A stretch of 64,000 nt of DNA from an uncultured Candidatus Saccharibacteria bacterium (GCA_964428615.1 CAYRXZ010000001.1:2334-66333); one strand, 5' to 3'; positions 8,385-18,843 are shown, counted from the stretch's first letter. Translations and numbers: made by a program. The notes: generated from the sequence alone by a model not told the origin.

Positions 8385-11300
8385 TCAAATCTTTTTAATC
8401 CCCGCCCAAATTGAGGAACCATTTATTTTAGTTTCGGCTTCCGCGTCAAATTTATCGGTCCGGTTAAAATAAACATTCTTTGCGGAAATTTTTTCTTTAA
8501 ATTCTTTAATATTCTTTTCTATTGCTGAACGGATTTCTACCGGGACTTCCAGCCATAAATCAATCTTATCTTTCGGCAAAAAACCAGCTTCCTTTCTTAT
8601 ATCCTGCATTGCTCTTGCCATTTCTCTTAATAATCCCTCTGCTTTTAATTCCGGAGTAATTTTTGTGTCCAATTCTATTTCTCCGCCGATTTTCAAATCA
8701 AAAATAATTTTTTTAACATTTATCTCATCTGCCAAAATTCCCAATAATTCTTTTTTATCCTTTAATTCTGAATTCTTAATTCTTAATTCTGAAAGCGGTT
8801 GCCTTACTTTAATTCCTCTATTGCCCCTTAATTCCAAAGCCGCTGAGGCAATTTTTCTAATTTCCACCATTGCCTCAATTAAATCTTTATCTATTAATTT
8901 TTTATCAACCTTCGGCCAATCTTCTAAGTGCACGCTTGCCGCTTGTCGCTTGCCGCTTGTCGCCAAAAAAATTCCCTCTGCCACAAACGGCGCGAATGGC
9001 GCAATAATTTTAGAAAACTCCGACAAAACATATTTTGTTGTTTCTATCGCAGCAAATTTATCACTGTCTTCCAATTTAAACCTTTCACGCGAACGTCGAA
9101 TATACCAAGTTGAAAAATCATCAACGAAACCGCTAAGCGGCCTGACCGCTTTGTCAATTTCATAATTCTCTAACGATTCCGAAACTTCCTGCTTTAATTG
9201 TTCCAACCGGGCAATAATCCATCTATCTAGAACATTTTTATTTGAAGCTTGAAGCTTGAAGCTTGAAGTTTTACTATCGGCGTACATCTCGTAAAATTTA
9301 TAAGTATTCCATAACCGCAATATTGTTTTTTTATAAACTTCATCCACGCCTTTTTCTGAAAAATTCAAATTTTCTCCCGCTACCACGGGAGAAGAAAGCA
9401 AATAAAGCCTCAAACTATCTGCGCCATATTTTGAAACAAGCTCCATTGGGTCAGGATAATTTTTCAATCGTTTGCTCATTTTTTGCCCATTTTCCGCCAA
9501 AATTATGCCATTAACAATAACGTTTTTGTAAGCCGGTTTATCAAACAAAGCTGTTGAGAGAACAAGTAATGTATAGAACCAACCACGGGTTTGGTCCATC
9601 CCCTCAGCGATAAATTCCGCCGGCACCGGAGAAAAATTATTCTTCGGCGTTGAAAACGGAAAATGCGATTGGCCGTAAGGCATTGAACCAGATTCAAACC
9701 AGCAATCAAAAACATCTTCTATTCTTTTCATTTTACTACCGCAACCGCAGATAAATTCCACTTTATCAATATACGGCCTGTGCAAATCAAGCTCAAAATT
9801 TTTATTATGCGGAAATGGAACAAATTTCAAATTTTTTATTTCTCCGGTTTTTATAAAATCTTTTTTATTTTCTCTTATCTTAATCGCCTTTTTGGCGCTT
9901 GCTCCTTCGGCGCCAGCGAAAAGCAGCCAAATCGGATATTCATGACTGATAATTAAAATATTTTTACCGGAATATTTTTTATCAATATCATAAATAAAAT
10001 CTGACATCCTATTTTTTAAATCAGTCAGGTTTTCACCTTTCGGAGCCGGCTTAACGAATTTTTCCTCGTAGGAAGAAAAATGTTCTCCATACTCTTTTAT
10101 TGACTTATTATTTAAATTACCTGTATTGACTTCTCTTAATCTTTTGTCGTAGAAAACCTTTTTAATCCCGAAATGCTTTGCCGCCATTCCCGCAGTTTCT
10201 TTTGTCCGAATAAAATCTGAACTATAAATCAAATCAATATTTTTTATCTTTTTTAGAGTATCAACAATTTCTTTTTTCCCTTTTTCTGTTAGATGGTGAC
10301 TGTTTTTATAATTTGAACTCGCAATACCAAATATATTATTTTCCGCTTGCCCATGCCTCATCACAAAATATTTATTACCCGAAGTTCCCGAATTTTTCTT
10401 TATTTCCTCAACCGAACCGACAACTTTTAATTTTCCGCATTTTTTACATTCCCAGACCGGGAGCGGCGACCCCCAAAAACGGCTTCTTGAAATCGCCCAG
10501 TCTCTCGCGTCTTTAAGCCACTGGCCAAAACGTCCATCTTTCACGTGTGCCGGCAGCCAGCTTATTTTCTGGTTATTTTTTATAAGCTTATCTTTAATCG
10601 CTGTCACCTTCACAAACCAAGAAGATGCCGCGTAATTCAAAAGCGGAGTTTCACAACGCCAGCAATGAGGATATGAGTGGACCACTTTTTCACAATTAAA
10701 AACTAAATTTTTTTCTGAAAGAAATTTTATTATTTTCTCATCGGTTTCTTTTGTATTCTCTCGCGGCTTTGCGCGCAAATTTGTAAAATTTTTAACTTCC
10801 TGTTTTAATTTTCCATTCATTCCGACATGCTGAATAAAAGGCAAATTAAGTTTTTGCCCTAATTCCATATCTTCCGCACCAAAAGCCGGAGCAATATGTA
10901 CAATACCCGTTCCTTCTTCAATATTCACAAAATCCGCCGGATAAATTTTCCATCCGTTTTCACGATCTTTTAATTTTTTATCCTGGCTGAAATAATCAAA
11001 AAGAGGCTTATAATTTTCCCCAACCAATTTATCTCCCTTAAACTTCTCTATAATTTCATACTTTTCTTTTACGGCGCCCAATCTTTCTTCCGCTAAAATA
11101 TATTTTTTGTTATCGAAAGTTTTTATTTTTATATAAGTAATTTTCGGGTTTACCGCCAAAGCCACATTCCCGGGCAAAGTCCAAGATGTCGTTGTCCAAG
11201 CCAAAACAAAAGTTTTCGGCTCGTCAATTAATTCAAATTTCAATGTTATCGCAAAATCTTCAATATTTTTATAGTTCTGGGTAACTTCAAAATTTGAGAG

Positions 11301-11867
11301 TGTTGTTTCACAGCGCGGGCAGATATGCATCGGCTTATAGCCTTTATAAATTAAATTCTTATCATATAAATCTTTAAAAACATGTAAAACTGATTCCATA
11401 TATTCAACATCCATAGTTTTATATGGATTTTTCATATCGACCCAACGACCGATTCTGGGAATCGTTTTTTTCCATTCTGATTCATATTTTAAAACACTGA
11501 TTCTCGCAGCCTCATTGAATTTTTCAACACCAAAATCAATAATGTCTTTTTTGCTTTTCAAGCCCAGTTCTTTTTCGATTTCAAATTCAACCGGTAAACC
11601 ATGGCAATCCCAACCCCATCGCCTTTTAACGCTCTTCCCCTTCATAGTCTGGTAACGAGGAATTGCGTCTTTTATTATTGAAGCTAAAATATGGCCATAA
11701 TGCGGCAAACCATTAGCAAAAGGAGGACCATCGAAAAATCTGTATTCTGCTGACGGTTTACCCTGAGCCTGTCGAAGGGATTTTTCAAAAATATTATTAG
11801 TTTGCCAAAAATTAAGAACTTTTTCTTCAATTTCCGCAGGATTGAAATTTTTAAGATTTTTAAACAT
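8385..11867 (-). CDS. ileS: Isoleucine--tRNA ligase (type 2-like) with an inserted histidine-phosphatase domain
   Basis: DGPPFANGLPHYGH, GWDCHGLPVE, WTTTSWTLPGN, DWAISRSRFWG, DQTRGWFY and KMSKR; internal MRHGQ...SSDFIRTKET...RLRE...SH domain. Confidence 0.96.
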   Translation of the reverse strand: MFKNLKNFNPAEIEEKVLNFWQTNNIFEKSLRQAQGKPSAEYRFFDGPPFANGLPHYGHILASIIKDAIPRYQTMKGKSVKRRWGWDCHGLPVEFEIEKELGLKSKKDIIDFGVEKFNEAARISVLKYESEWKKTIPRIGRWVDMKNPYKTMDVEYMESVLHVFKDLYDKNLIYKGYKPMHICPRCETTLSNFEVTQNYKNIEDFAITLKFELIDEPKTFVLAWTTTSWTLPGNVALAVNPKITYIKIKTFDNKKYILAEERLGAVKEKYEIIEKFKGDKLVGENYKPLFDYFSQDKKLKDRENGWKIYPADFVNIEEGTGIVHIAPAFGAEDMELGQKLNLPFIQHVGMNGKLKQEVKNFTNLRAKPRENTKETDEKIIKFLSEKNLVFNCEKVVHSYPHCWRCETPLLNYAASSWFVKVTAIKDKLIKNNQKISWLPAHVKDGRFGQWLKDARDWAISRSRFWGSPLPVWECKKCGKLKVVGSVEEIKKNSGTSGNKYFVMRHGQAENNIFGIASSNYKNSHHLTEKGKKEIVDTLKKIKNIDLIYSSDFIRTKETAGMAAKHFGIKKVFYDKRLREVNTGNLNNKSIKEYGEHFSSYEEKFVKPAPKGENLTDLKNRMSDFIYDIDKKYSGKNILIISHEYPIWLLFAGAEGASAKKAIKIRENKKDFIKTGEIKNLKFVPFPHNKNFELDLHRPYIDKVEFICGCGSKMKRIEDVFDCWFESGSMPYGQSHFPFSTPKNNFSPVPAEFIAEGMDQTRGWFYTLLVLSTALFDKPAYKNVIVNGIILAENGQKMSKRLKNYPDPMELVSKYGADSLRLYLLSSPVVAGENLNFSEKGVDEVYKKTILRLWNTYKFYEMYADSKTSSFKLQASNKNVLDRWIIARLEQLKQEVSESLENYEIDKAVRPLSGFVDDFSTWYIRRSRERFKLEDSDKFAAIETTKYVLSEFSKIIAPFAPFVAEGIFLATSGKRQAASVHLEDWPKVDKKLIDKDLIEAMVEIRKIASAALELRGNRGIKVRQPLSELRIKNSELKDKKELLGILADEINVKKIIFDLKIGGEIELDTKITPELKAEGLLREMARAMQDIRKEAGFLPKDKIDLWLEVPVEIRSAIEKNIKEFKEKISAKNVYFNRTDKFDAEAETKINGSSIWAGIKKI

Positions 11868-11968
11868 CCCCTTAAATATACAAAAAAACGGCCATTATCT
11901 CAAGAGCCGCCTGAAAATAATTTAAAATTTATAAACCCTAAAACTTTACGTTTATCTGCAATATTTTA

Positions 11969-12751
11969 CTATCTACTATTCGCTATCTGCGGCAAATCTT
12001 CAGGGTTTATTCCCGCCAAAGAATTTCCCTCAAAACTCTGAATTATTTTTACGCCTTCAATATCTATCGCCACTCTATCCTCTGAAGCTAAAATCAAATC
12101 TGGCTCGCGTACAACGCCTTTCATTGGTCCGCCAGAAATAAAACACTTTCTCGCATCCATGATAACCAAATCCGGATGAATTATTTTATTTAAATCTGCA
12201 ATTTTTTTTTGAAGATTAGTTAAATGTAATGACACGCGCTGAGCCGGCTTCATAAATCCAACTGAAAGCTTTAAGGCGCCTGTGTATCGCGCCTGCTTGT
12301 GAGTTTTAAGACAAGGCAAAAGAATTAATTTATCCGCTCTTTCTAAAATCTCCGGGACAGAAACGCTTTTTAAATATTTTGCGCCCGGAATTTCTTTTTT
12401 TACCCAAACTTCTTCTTCAAAAATATATATCCGTGGCGGAGTTTCCATTTTTAATAATTCAAGAACTCCGGATTTTTCCATTATTTTTCTGGTGTTTAAA
12501 GTTACAGTTGAAGACTCGCCTATCATCGCCAGTTTCGCGCCAAAATCATAAACTAATTCAACCACAGATTTTAAAAAATCAACACTTGTTGAAGCCGGAG
12601 ACGGATCAGCGGTATTATAATTCGGCTTCAAAAAAATCACGTCGCCGGTTTTCACAAATTTTTTAAAACCGCCGATTTCTTCAACCACTTTTAAGACCGC
12701 GTCTTTAACGCCAGTACTATTTTTCAGATTTATTTTTCCTACCTTACTCAT
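11969..12751 (-). CDS. DUF362 domain protein
   Basis: IFLKPN, LPCLKTH, TGALK and ASEDRVAID motifs. Confidence 0.85.
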   Translation of the reverse strand: MSKVGKINLKNSTGVKDAVLKVVEEIGGFKKFVKTGDVIFLKPNYNTADPSPASTSVDFLKSVVELVYDFGAKLAMIGESSTVTLNTRKIMEKSGVLELLKMETPPRIYIFEEEVWVKKEIPGAKYLKSVSVPEILERADKLILLPCLKTHKQARYTGALKLSVGFMKPAQRVSLHLTNLQKKIADLNKIIHPDLVIMDARKCFISGGPMKGVVREPDLILASEDRVAIDIEGVKIIQSFEGNSLAGINPEDLPQIANSR

Positions 12752-13985
12752 ATCTTAACGCCTCTATTGGACTCTTTTTAGACGCTTGCCGCGCCGGATA
12801 AAGTCCGAAAATTAAACCTATTAAAGCGGCAACGCCGAAACCTAATAATGCCCCGCTTAAAGGAAAAGTAAATTGCCAATCCAAAACAAGAACTTTACCC
12901 AAAACGTACGCGAGAATAGCTGAAAATGACGAGCCTAAAATTATTCCTATTAATCCACCTACTCCGGTTAAAATAACCGCTTCTAAAAGAAATTGAAATA
13001 ATATATTTTTTTTCGTAGCTCCAATAGCTTTTCTAAGCCCGATTTCGCGAGTTCTTTCAGTAACTGAAACAAGCATTATATTCATAATACCCACTCCGCC
13101 CACTAAAAGCGAAATTGCCGCGACGGCCGCCAAAAACAAAGTTATTATGTTCATGACCGTTCCTACCATCTCCAAAGCATCAGCTTGGCTTGAAACGTTA
13201 AAATCATCTTCTTCAAAACCTGTTATATCGTGTGAATTTCTTAATGTCATTTCAATGTCTTCAACTGTTTGCTCGACATGGTCATCGGTATCGGCCTCTA
13301 TTATAATGTGATTAAAATATTTTATTCCCAAGATGTATTGCTGGGCCGTGGTATAAGGAACAATCATTGTTTCGTCAAAACTTATCAAGCTTGCGCCTTT
13401 TTTTTCTAAAACTCCTATTACCCGGAAATTTTTTCCTTTTATTTTTATTTTTTTACCGATAGCGCCTTCATTATTTACAAAAAGTTCTTCCTTTATTTTT
13501 GAACCGATAACAACCACATCGGCATAACTTTTAACTTCGTCTTCTGTTAAAAAACGGCCTTCACTCACAGTAAGATTATACATGCTGCTAGCAGCATCGG
13601 TCATGCCATAAAGAGACGCCTGATATGTTTCGCTCCCGTAAGCCGCGCTTTCACTGCCGAAGACCAAGGGCATAATCTTGCTTAGATAAGGAACATTGCC
13701 TTTTTTTGAAAGCGCGTCAACATCCTTCTGCACTAATGAATCGGAAAACATTGATAAAAAATCGCTCGGCCCCTTTGGTTGTCTGCCTGGCGCTATCTCA
13801 ATAACTCTTGAACTGACTTGGCCTTGTATCTGCCCCAATATTAAATTTTGCATTCCTTCGCCAAGCGACATTACCAAAATAATGGCAGTTATACCGATAA
13901 CAATCCCCAAAATAGTCAGCGCCGAACGCGACTTATGGGTTTTAAGGCCAATAACGGCTGTTTTAAATGTGTAACCTAACGTCAT
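12744..13985 (-). CDS. ABC transporter permease (MacB/FtsX family)
   Basis: RSALTILGIVIG, GGVGIMNIMLVSVTERTREIGLRKAIGA, PIEALRYE. Confidence 0.95.
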   Translation of the reverse strand: MTLGYTFKTAVIGLKTHKSRSALTILGIVIGITAIILVMSLGEGMQNLILGQIQGQVSSRVIEIAPGRQPKGPSDFLSMFSDSLVQKDVDALSKKGNVPYLSKIMPLVFGSESAAYGSETYQASLYGMTDAASSMYNLTVSEGRFLTEDEVKSYADVVVIGSKIKEELFVNNEGAIGKKIKIKGKNFRVIGVLEKKGASLISFDETMIVPYTTAQQYILGIKYFNHIIIEADTDDHVEQTVEDIEMTLRNSHDITGFEEDDFNVSSQADALEMVGTVMNIITLFLAAVAAISLLVGGVGIMNIMLVSVTERTREIGLRKAIGATKKNILFQFLLEAVILTGVGGLIGIILGSSFSAILAYVLGKVLVLDWQFTFPLSGALLGFGVAALIGLIFGLYPARQASKKSPIEALRYE

Positions 13986-13989
13986 AAAA

Positions 13990-14712
13990 TTATTTCATAA
14001 AATGGTCTTTTCCTCTCCTCCTGTGGTCATAATTAATTACTTTATCACTTTCAACCTCTCCATCTTTTAAATGAATAATTCTTTGGCTGTATTCCGCGGT
14101 GTAGGTTTCGTGAGTTATTAAAATTATGGTATGGCCTATATTATTCAGTTTTTCCAAAAATTCCATAATTTGCCCGCCTGATTTTGAATCCAGATTTCCA
14201 GTTGGCTCATCGGCAAAAATAACTTGCGGCGAATTAACTAGGGCGCGCGCTATCGCCGTTCTTTGTTTTTCACCTCCGGAAAGTTGTGAAGAAAGATGAT
14301 TTGCGCGATGCGATAAACCCGCCATCTCAATTGAATCCATGGCAATCCTATCCCAGGAAGATTCTTTAACTTTTGAATAAAAAAGGGGAAGTTTTACGTT
14401 TTCAAATACCGTTGTCCGAGGAAGTAAATTAAATGACTGGAAAATAAATCCCATCTTTTTATTGCGAATATGGGCAAGATCTTCATTTGAATAATCAGTT
14501 ATCGCTTTACCGTCAAAAAAATATTCTCCTTTTGTTTGGCTATCTAAAAAACCCAGAATGTGGAGTAATGTAGATTTGCCCGAACCGCTTGGTCCCATAA
14601 TCGCCACAAATTCACCCTGCTCTATTCTAAAAGAAATATCATGAAGCGCAGGCGTTTCAATATCGCCATCAGAGTATAATTTTGATATATTTTTTAACTC
14701 TATTAAAGACAT
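13990..14712 (-). CDS. ABC transporter ATP-binding protein (MacB/LolD-like)
   Basis: [30 protein letters not shown]. Confidence 0.96.
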   Translation of the reverse strand: MSLIELKNISKLYSDGDIETPALHDISFRIEQGEFVAIMGPSGSGKSTLLHILGFLDSQTKGEYFFDGKAITDYSNEDLAHIRNKKMGFIFQSFNLLPRTTVFENVKLPLFYSKVKESSWDRIAMDSIEMAGLSHRANHLSSQLSGGEKQRTAIARALVNSPQVIFADEPTGNLDSKSGGQIMEFLEKLNNIGHTIILITHETYTAEYSQRIIHLKDGEVESDKVINYDHRRRGKDHFMK

Positions 14713-14715
14713 TAC

Positions 14716-16275
14716 TTATTTAATTGCTCCAGTAGCGGAAATTTTTTCCATTTCTTCTAAGCCAGAAATGATTTCAATATTCCCATCAATTCCCCTAAGA
14801 CCAGTTTCAATTTTTCGTTTTTCAAAATTTGGAGTTCCATTATCCACCATCACAAATTTTTCTATTCCTTCAGAAATAACAGCTCTTTGCGGGATTATTA
14901 AAACGTTTCCACGTTTATCTGTCGAAATATCTATATTCGCCGTCATTCCAGATTTTATCCTGTTATCGCTTTTTTCAAATTGAATGGTTGTCTTATATGT
15001 CGCGACCCCTTCAATAATTGTTTCCGCTGGATTTATTTTAACTACCTTCGCATCAAAAATAACACCTTCACCATAAGCATCAAGTGTAATTTTTGCCAAA
15101 TCTCCAATTTTAACCTTAGCTATATCGGCTTCAGGAATTTTTGATTCTATTTCAAATTGATTGGCGCTTATAACAGAAACCATAATTGTGTTTGCCAAAA
15201 CAATTTCACCTATTTTAGCGTCTTGCCTAGTTATAATTCCGCTTATTGGAGAACGAAGAATAGTTTTATCCACCTGAACTTGATAAGTTAAAACGTCAGC
15301 GCGAGCTTTTTCAACTTGAGCTTCTTGCGCTTTTATTTCTTCAATAGTAGAGCCTGCTATTTCCAAATTTAATTCTTGTTGCGCTAAAGACAAGGCCGCT
15401 TGGGCATTTTTATAATTCGTTTCAGCTGTTGAAATGCTATCTATCGCCGTATTAACAGTTGTTCTCACTGTTGAAATCCCAGTTTTCCAGCCATCTATCG
15501 TAGCTTGAGAAACACTAGCGCCGGCAGTAAGCCCATTTAAAGCTGAATTTGCCTTGTCTAAAAACACACTTGCTTTATTAAGATTATTTTTTGCCTCAGA
15601 AATATATAAAGGCAAATTAGATTCAACTGTTAATTTTGCCAAGGTTAAATTCCAAGAATTCAACATTTCTTCCATCGCCAATCTTTGATTTTCTATATCT
15701 ATTTTTAACTGATTATCAGAAATGTAAAAATTGAGCTGCGGAGCGGGGATAGCCGGCACTTTAAAAAAACTGTCGGCTTTATTTCGGATAGCATCATCAC
15801 AAGTAGTGTAAGAATTTTTTATTTTTTCAACTAGAGTTTTTTTTGATTCGTCTAAAACAATTTTAGCATTATCAACTTTCGTCTGACTGATTATTATTTT
15901 TTCTTCACGAGTGCCACGAATTAATTCATCAAGTTTGGCTTCTTGGGTTTTTAAGGTCGCTCTTGCACTGGCAAGACTGGCATAAACCCCAGAATCATCA
16001 AGTTGTATAAGCGCTTGACCAGAAATAACTACATCTCCAACTTCGACGTAAACCTTAAAAGCCTTTCCCCCGCTTTCAAAAGCTAAATTAGCATCCTCTG
16101 ACGGCTTAACATTGCCGGTAACACTTACTTCCTGAAATATATTCCCGCGTTTAACTTCGACCGTCTCAATGCCCGAATCGGTCTGGCGATTAAAATAAAA
16201 ATAACCGCCTATAGCTAAAACTGCGACTGCTATAACTATAATTAAAATTTTCCTTCTTTTGATAAAACTTTTCAT
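14716..16275 (-). CDS. Efflux membrane-fusion/adaptor subunit (MacA/HlyD-like) with an extended coiled coil
   Basis: N-terminal TM, VSVTGNV, LRSPISG, IKSGMTANI, IPQRAV; in an operon with the ABC genes. Confidence 0.9.
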   Translation of the reverse strand: MKSFIKRRKILIIVIAVAVLAIGGYFYFNRQTDSGIETVEVKRGNIFQEVSVTGNVKPSEDANLAFESGGKAFKVYVEVGDVVISGQALIQLDDSGVYASLASARATLKTQEAKLDELIRGTREEKIIISQTKVDNAKIVLDESKKTLVEKIKNSYTTCDDAIRNKADSFFKVPAIPAPQLNFYISDNQLKIDIENQRLAMEEMLNSWNLTLAKLTVESNLPLYISEAKNNLNKASVFLDKANSALNGLTAGASVSQATIDGWKTGISTVRTTVNTAIDSISTAETNYKNAQAALSLAQQELNLEIAGSTIEEIKAQEAQVEKARADVLTYQVQVDKTILRSPISGIITRQDAKIGEIVLANTIMVSVISANQFEIESKIPEADIAKVKIGDLAKITLDAYGEGVIFDAKVVKINPAETIIEGVATYKTTIQFEKSDNRIKSGMTANIDISTDKRGNVLIIPQRAVISEGIEKFVMVDNGTPNFEKRKIETGLRGIDGNIEIISGLEEMEKISATGAIK

Positions 16276-16670
16276 TCGCTTGTTACTCCGTCAAATTCAG
16301 CCTCGTTCGCTTCCGCTTCTTCTTTGGTCGCGCGCACAATACCATCTTTGTGATGAGCCGGTGAATAAATTGTATAAAGTTTTAATTCTTCCACATCAGA
16401 AGTATTAATAATGTTATGTTCTGCTCCCGCCGGAACAACGACCATTATACCATCTTTCAAATCGTATTCGTTTCCATCAATAATGCATTTGCCTTGACCT
16501 TTTTCAAAGCGAAAAAATTGATCGTTATCACTATGTATTTCCATTCCAATTTCTTCTTTTGGTTTTAAACTCATCAATACCAATTGACTATGCTTGCCCG
16601 TATATAAAACTTTACGAAAATTACCGTTTTCTAATGTTTCTTTTTCTATGTTTATACTATATCCTTTCAT
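16272..16670 (-). CDS. Cupin domain protein
   Basis: FRKVLYTGKHSQLVLM, EIGMEIH, DQFFRFE and HNIIN motifs. Confidence 0.92.
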   Translation of the reverse strand: MKGYSINIEKETLENGNFRKVLYTGKHSQLVLMSLKPKEEIGMEIHSDNDQFFRFEKGQGKCIIDGNEYDLKDGIMVVVPAGAEHNIINTSDVEELKLYTIYSPAHHKDGIVRATKEEAEANEAEFDGVTSE

Positions 16671-16690
16671 ATTTTTATTAATTAATTTAA

Positions 16691-17164
16691 TTATTTTTTA
16701 AAACTATTATTCTTATATTTTGCCAGCAGCCAGGAACTCGACTGGACCTTGCCGCCCTTGCCTATATTATTAATTATTTTACAATTAATTTTTTTACAAA
16801 CTTCTCCTTCTATTATCGGGATATTCTTTACACTTCTATCTCCCCCTTTAGCAAAAATGTCCGGCTTTAATTTCCTTAAATCTTTTCCAATGCTTATATC
16901 TTTCGTGCCCGGCTTATGTTTAGTAAATATAACCTTATCTACATATTTAAATGCTTCTAAAATTTCTTTTCTTTCTTTCTGTGGCATAAAAACATAACCT
17001 TTTTTCAATTTCAACCAATTATCGTTGTTTAAAATAACAACCAATTTATCACCAAGCTTTTTTGATTCCCTAAACATTCTCACATGACCGATATGAATAG
17101 GGTCGAATCCCCCACTAACGGCAACAATTATTTGTTTTTTAATTTGCTTTTTCTTTTCACTCAT
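16691..17164 (-). CDS. Cytidylyltransferase-like protein (TagD/RfaE-II family)
   Basis: SGGFDPIHIGH (HxGH), KPDIFAKGGDR, SSS. Confidence 0.9.
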   Translation of the reverse strand: MSEKKKQIKKQIIVAVSGGFDPIHIGHVRMFRESKKLGDKLVVILNNDNWLKLKKGYVFMPQKERKEILEAFKYVDKVIFTKHKPGTKDISIGKDLRKLKPDIFAKGGDRSVKNIPIIEGEVCKKINCKIINNIGKGGKVQSSSWLLAKYKNNSFKK

Positions 17165-17167
17165 AAT

Positions 17168-17587
17168 TCAGCTTAATCCGTGCTCGTTAAAAAATTCCGT
17201 ATACAATTTGTCCACTACAATAATATGAGCCAAAAGCCAATTCCCGGAATAAGCAGTCATTTCTTCCGCCAATTTTTTTATATCAATATCTTGGCTGTTC
17301 ATCTTCACAAAATATTCATTTATGGCTTCACGATATTCATTATGCGCGTTTATATGAAGCGGCGCATCCTGATATTTAAACTTATCAAAATAACTCTCTT
17401 CTGTGCTTAGATGATAAAAGGCATAATCTCCAAGCTCTTGCAAACCTTTAACAGTTTCCTCTTTCGATAGGGTTTCTTTTGTTGTTAAATCAATAATTCC
17501 GTTTACGATTTCAAAAAAATGCTTATGTTGTTCGTCTATTTCCTTTATACCGACGCTATTTTCTTCTTTCCAAATAAATTTATCCAT
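17168..17587 (-). CDS. Bacteriohemerythrin
   Basis: W...SVGIKEIDEQH, H-x3-EE (HLSTEE), HINAH and WLLAHIIVVD iron-ligand pattern. Confidence 0.93.
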   Translation of the reverse strand: MDKFIWKEENSVGIKEIDEQHKHFFEIVNGIIDLTTKETLSKEETVKGLQELGDYAFYHLSTEESYFDKFKYQDAPLHINAHNEYREAINEYFVKMNSQDIDIKKLAEEMTAYSGNWLLAHIIVVDKLYTEFFNEHGLS

Positions 17588-17613
17588 AACAAAGTAATTA
17601 TATAACCTTTAGA

Positions 17614-18090
17614 TTATTGCCGCAACTCAAATTTTACTTTATCGCCTGTTTTTAAGCCAATTTCATCGGACTTACCACTATTTATCTCTAAAGCATATTT
17701 CCCTGGTTTATCGGGGGAAATTGAAGGGCAAACAACAGACTTACAAGGCTGGACATTTTTAGCAATATAAACAATTTCTTTATTTTCGCCAATCCAAATA
17801 ATATCCAAAGGAATAAGAGTATTTTTCATCCAAAAGGCATACTTATCTTCGCTTGAAAAAACAAAAAGCATGGCATTTCCATCTGCTAAAGACTTTCTAT
17901 TCATTAATCCTTTCATTCGCGCTAAAAAAGAAGAGGCAATTTCAGTGTTAAAACATTTATCGCCAAAACAAACGGGGATGTATTTTACCGGACCTGGAGC
18001 CACTTCCTCTTTTATGACAGACAAAAAAATAACCCCAAAAATAATTATTATAAAAAGCAACAAAATCAATAAAATCATTTTAATTTCCAT
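17614..18090 (-). CDS. DUF192 domain protein
   Basis: KGLMNR, MLFVF, FWMKNTLIPLDIIW, YALEI; start uncertain (18111, 18090 or 18078). Confidence 0.9.
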   Translation of the reverse strand: MEIKMILLILLLFIIIIFGVIFLSVIKEEVAPGPVKYIPVCFGDKCFNTEIASSFLARMKGLMNRKSLADGNAMLFVFSSEDKYAFWMKNTLIPLDIIWIGENKEIVYIAKNVQPCKSVVCPSISPDKPGKYALEINSGKSDEIGLKTGDKVKFELRQ

Positions 18091-18114
18091 AAATAAATAG
18101 CCGCCCGCCAAAAT

Positions 18115-18585
18115 TCAGTAATTTAATTGCCAAATGGAAAAATTTAAAACTGCCGCAAAGGAAACCCAAATAATATAAGGAAGCAAAAGCCAGCCGGCGA
18201 ATTTTTTAATTTTTCTGAATAAAATTAAATTTATTAAAATTGCCAGCCAAAGAATAAAAATTTCAATTAAGGCGGCCTCCGGTCTTCTTAAGCCGAAAAA
18301 TAAGATTGACCACAAAGAATTAAGTCCGAGCTGAATTGCAAAAAAAGTAATTGCAATTTTTTTCTTTTTCTTTTCAGTATCGCTCTGCCAGACAAAATAA
18401 AGCGCGATTCCCATTAAAATATAAAGAAAAGTCCAAACCGGACCAAAAATCCAATCCGGAGGATTAAAAGACGGCTTAGCTAATTCTTTATACCAAAGAT
18501 CGATTACCGGCATAACAAAGAACGAACCGATGAGTCCGGCTAATAAAGGTAAAATAATCGAAATCCCTAATCTAAACTTGTTCAT
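18115..18585 (-). CDS. tspO: TspO/MBR tryptophan-rich sensory protein
   Basis: WYKELAKPSFNPPDWIFGPVWT, LNSLWSILFFG, LLPYIIWVSFA. Confidence 0.94.
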   Translation of the reverse strand: MNKFRLGISIILPLLAGLIGSFFVMPVIDLWYKELAKPSFNPPDWIFGPVWTFLYILMGIALYFVWQSDTEKKKKKIAITFFAIQLGLNSLWSILFFGLRRPEAALIEIFILWLAILINLILFRKIKKFAGWLLLPYIIWVSFAAVLNFSIWQLNY

Positions 18586-18613
18586 AGATGATTATTTATT
18601 TTATTATATTAAA

Positions 18614-18832
18614 CTATAAAATTTCTACAATTTTCTGTTTTGAAGTATGGCCTGACAAGATATTTACCCGTGAAGGACTTATGCCAAAATATTCCGCTAA
18701 AACCTTAATTATCCCTGTATTCGCCTTGCCATTTACGGATGGCTCTTTAACCGAAACCGTATAATGATTTTTATCTATTTTTACTACCTCCTTTTTTTTA
18801 GCGCTAGACTTAGCTTTTATAAAAATTTTCAT
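18614..18832 (-). CDS. DUF167 (YggU-like) protein
   Basis: VSVKEPSVNGKAN, ILSGHTSKQK. Confidence 0.88.
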   Translation of the reverse strand: MKIFIKAKSSAKKKEVVKIDKNHYTVSVKEPSVNGKANTGIIKVLAEYFGISPSRVNILSGHTSKQKIVEIL

Positions 18833-18843
18833 AAAGAACGCAT

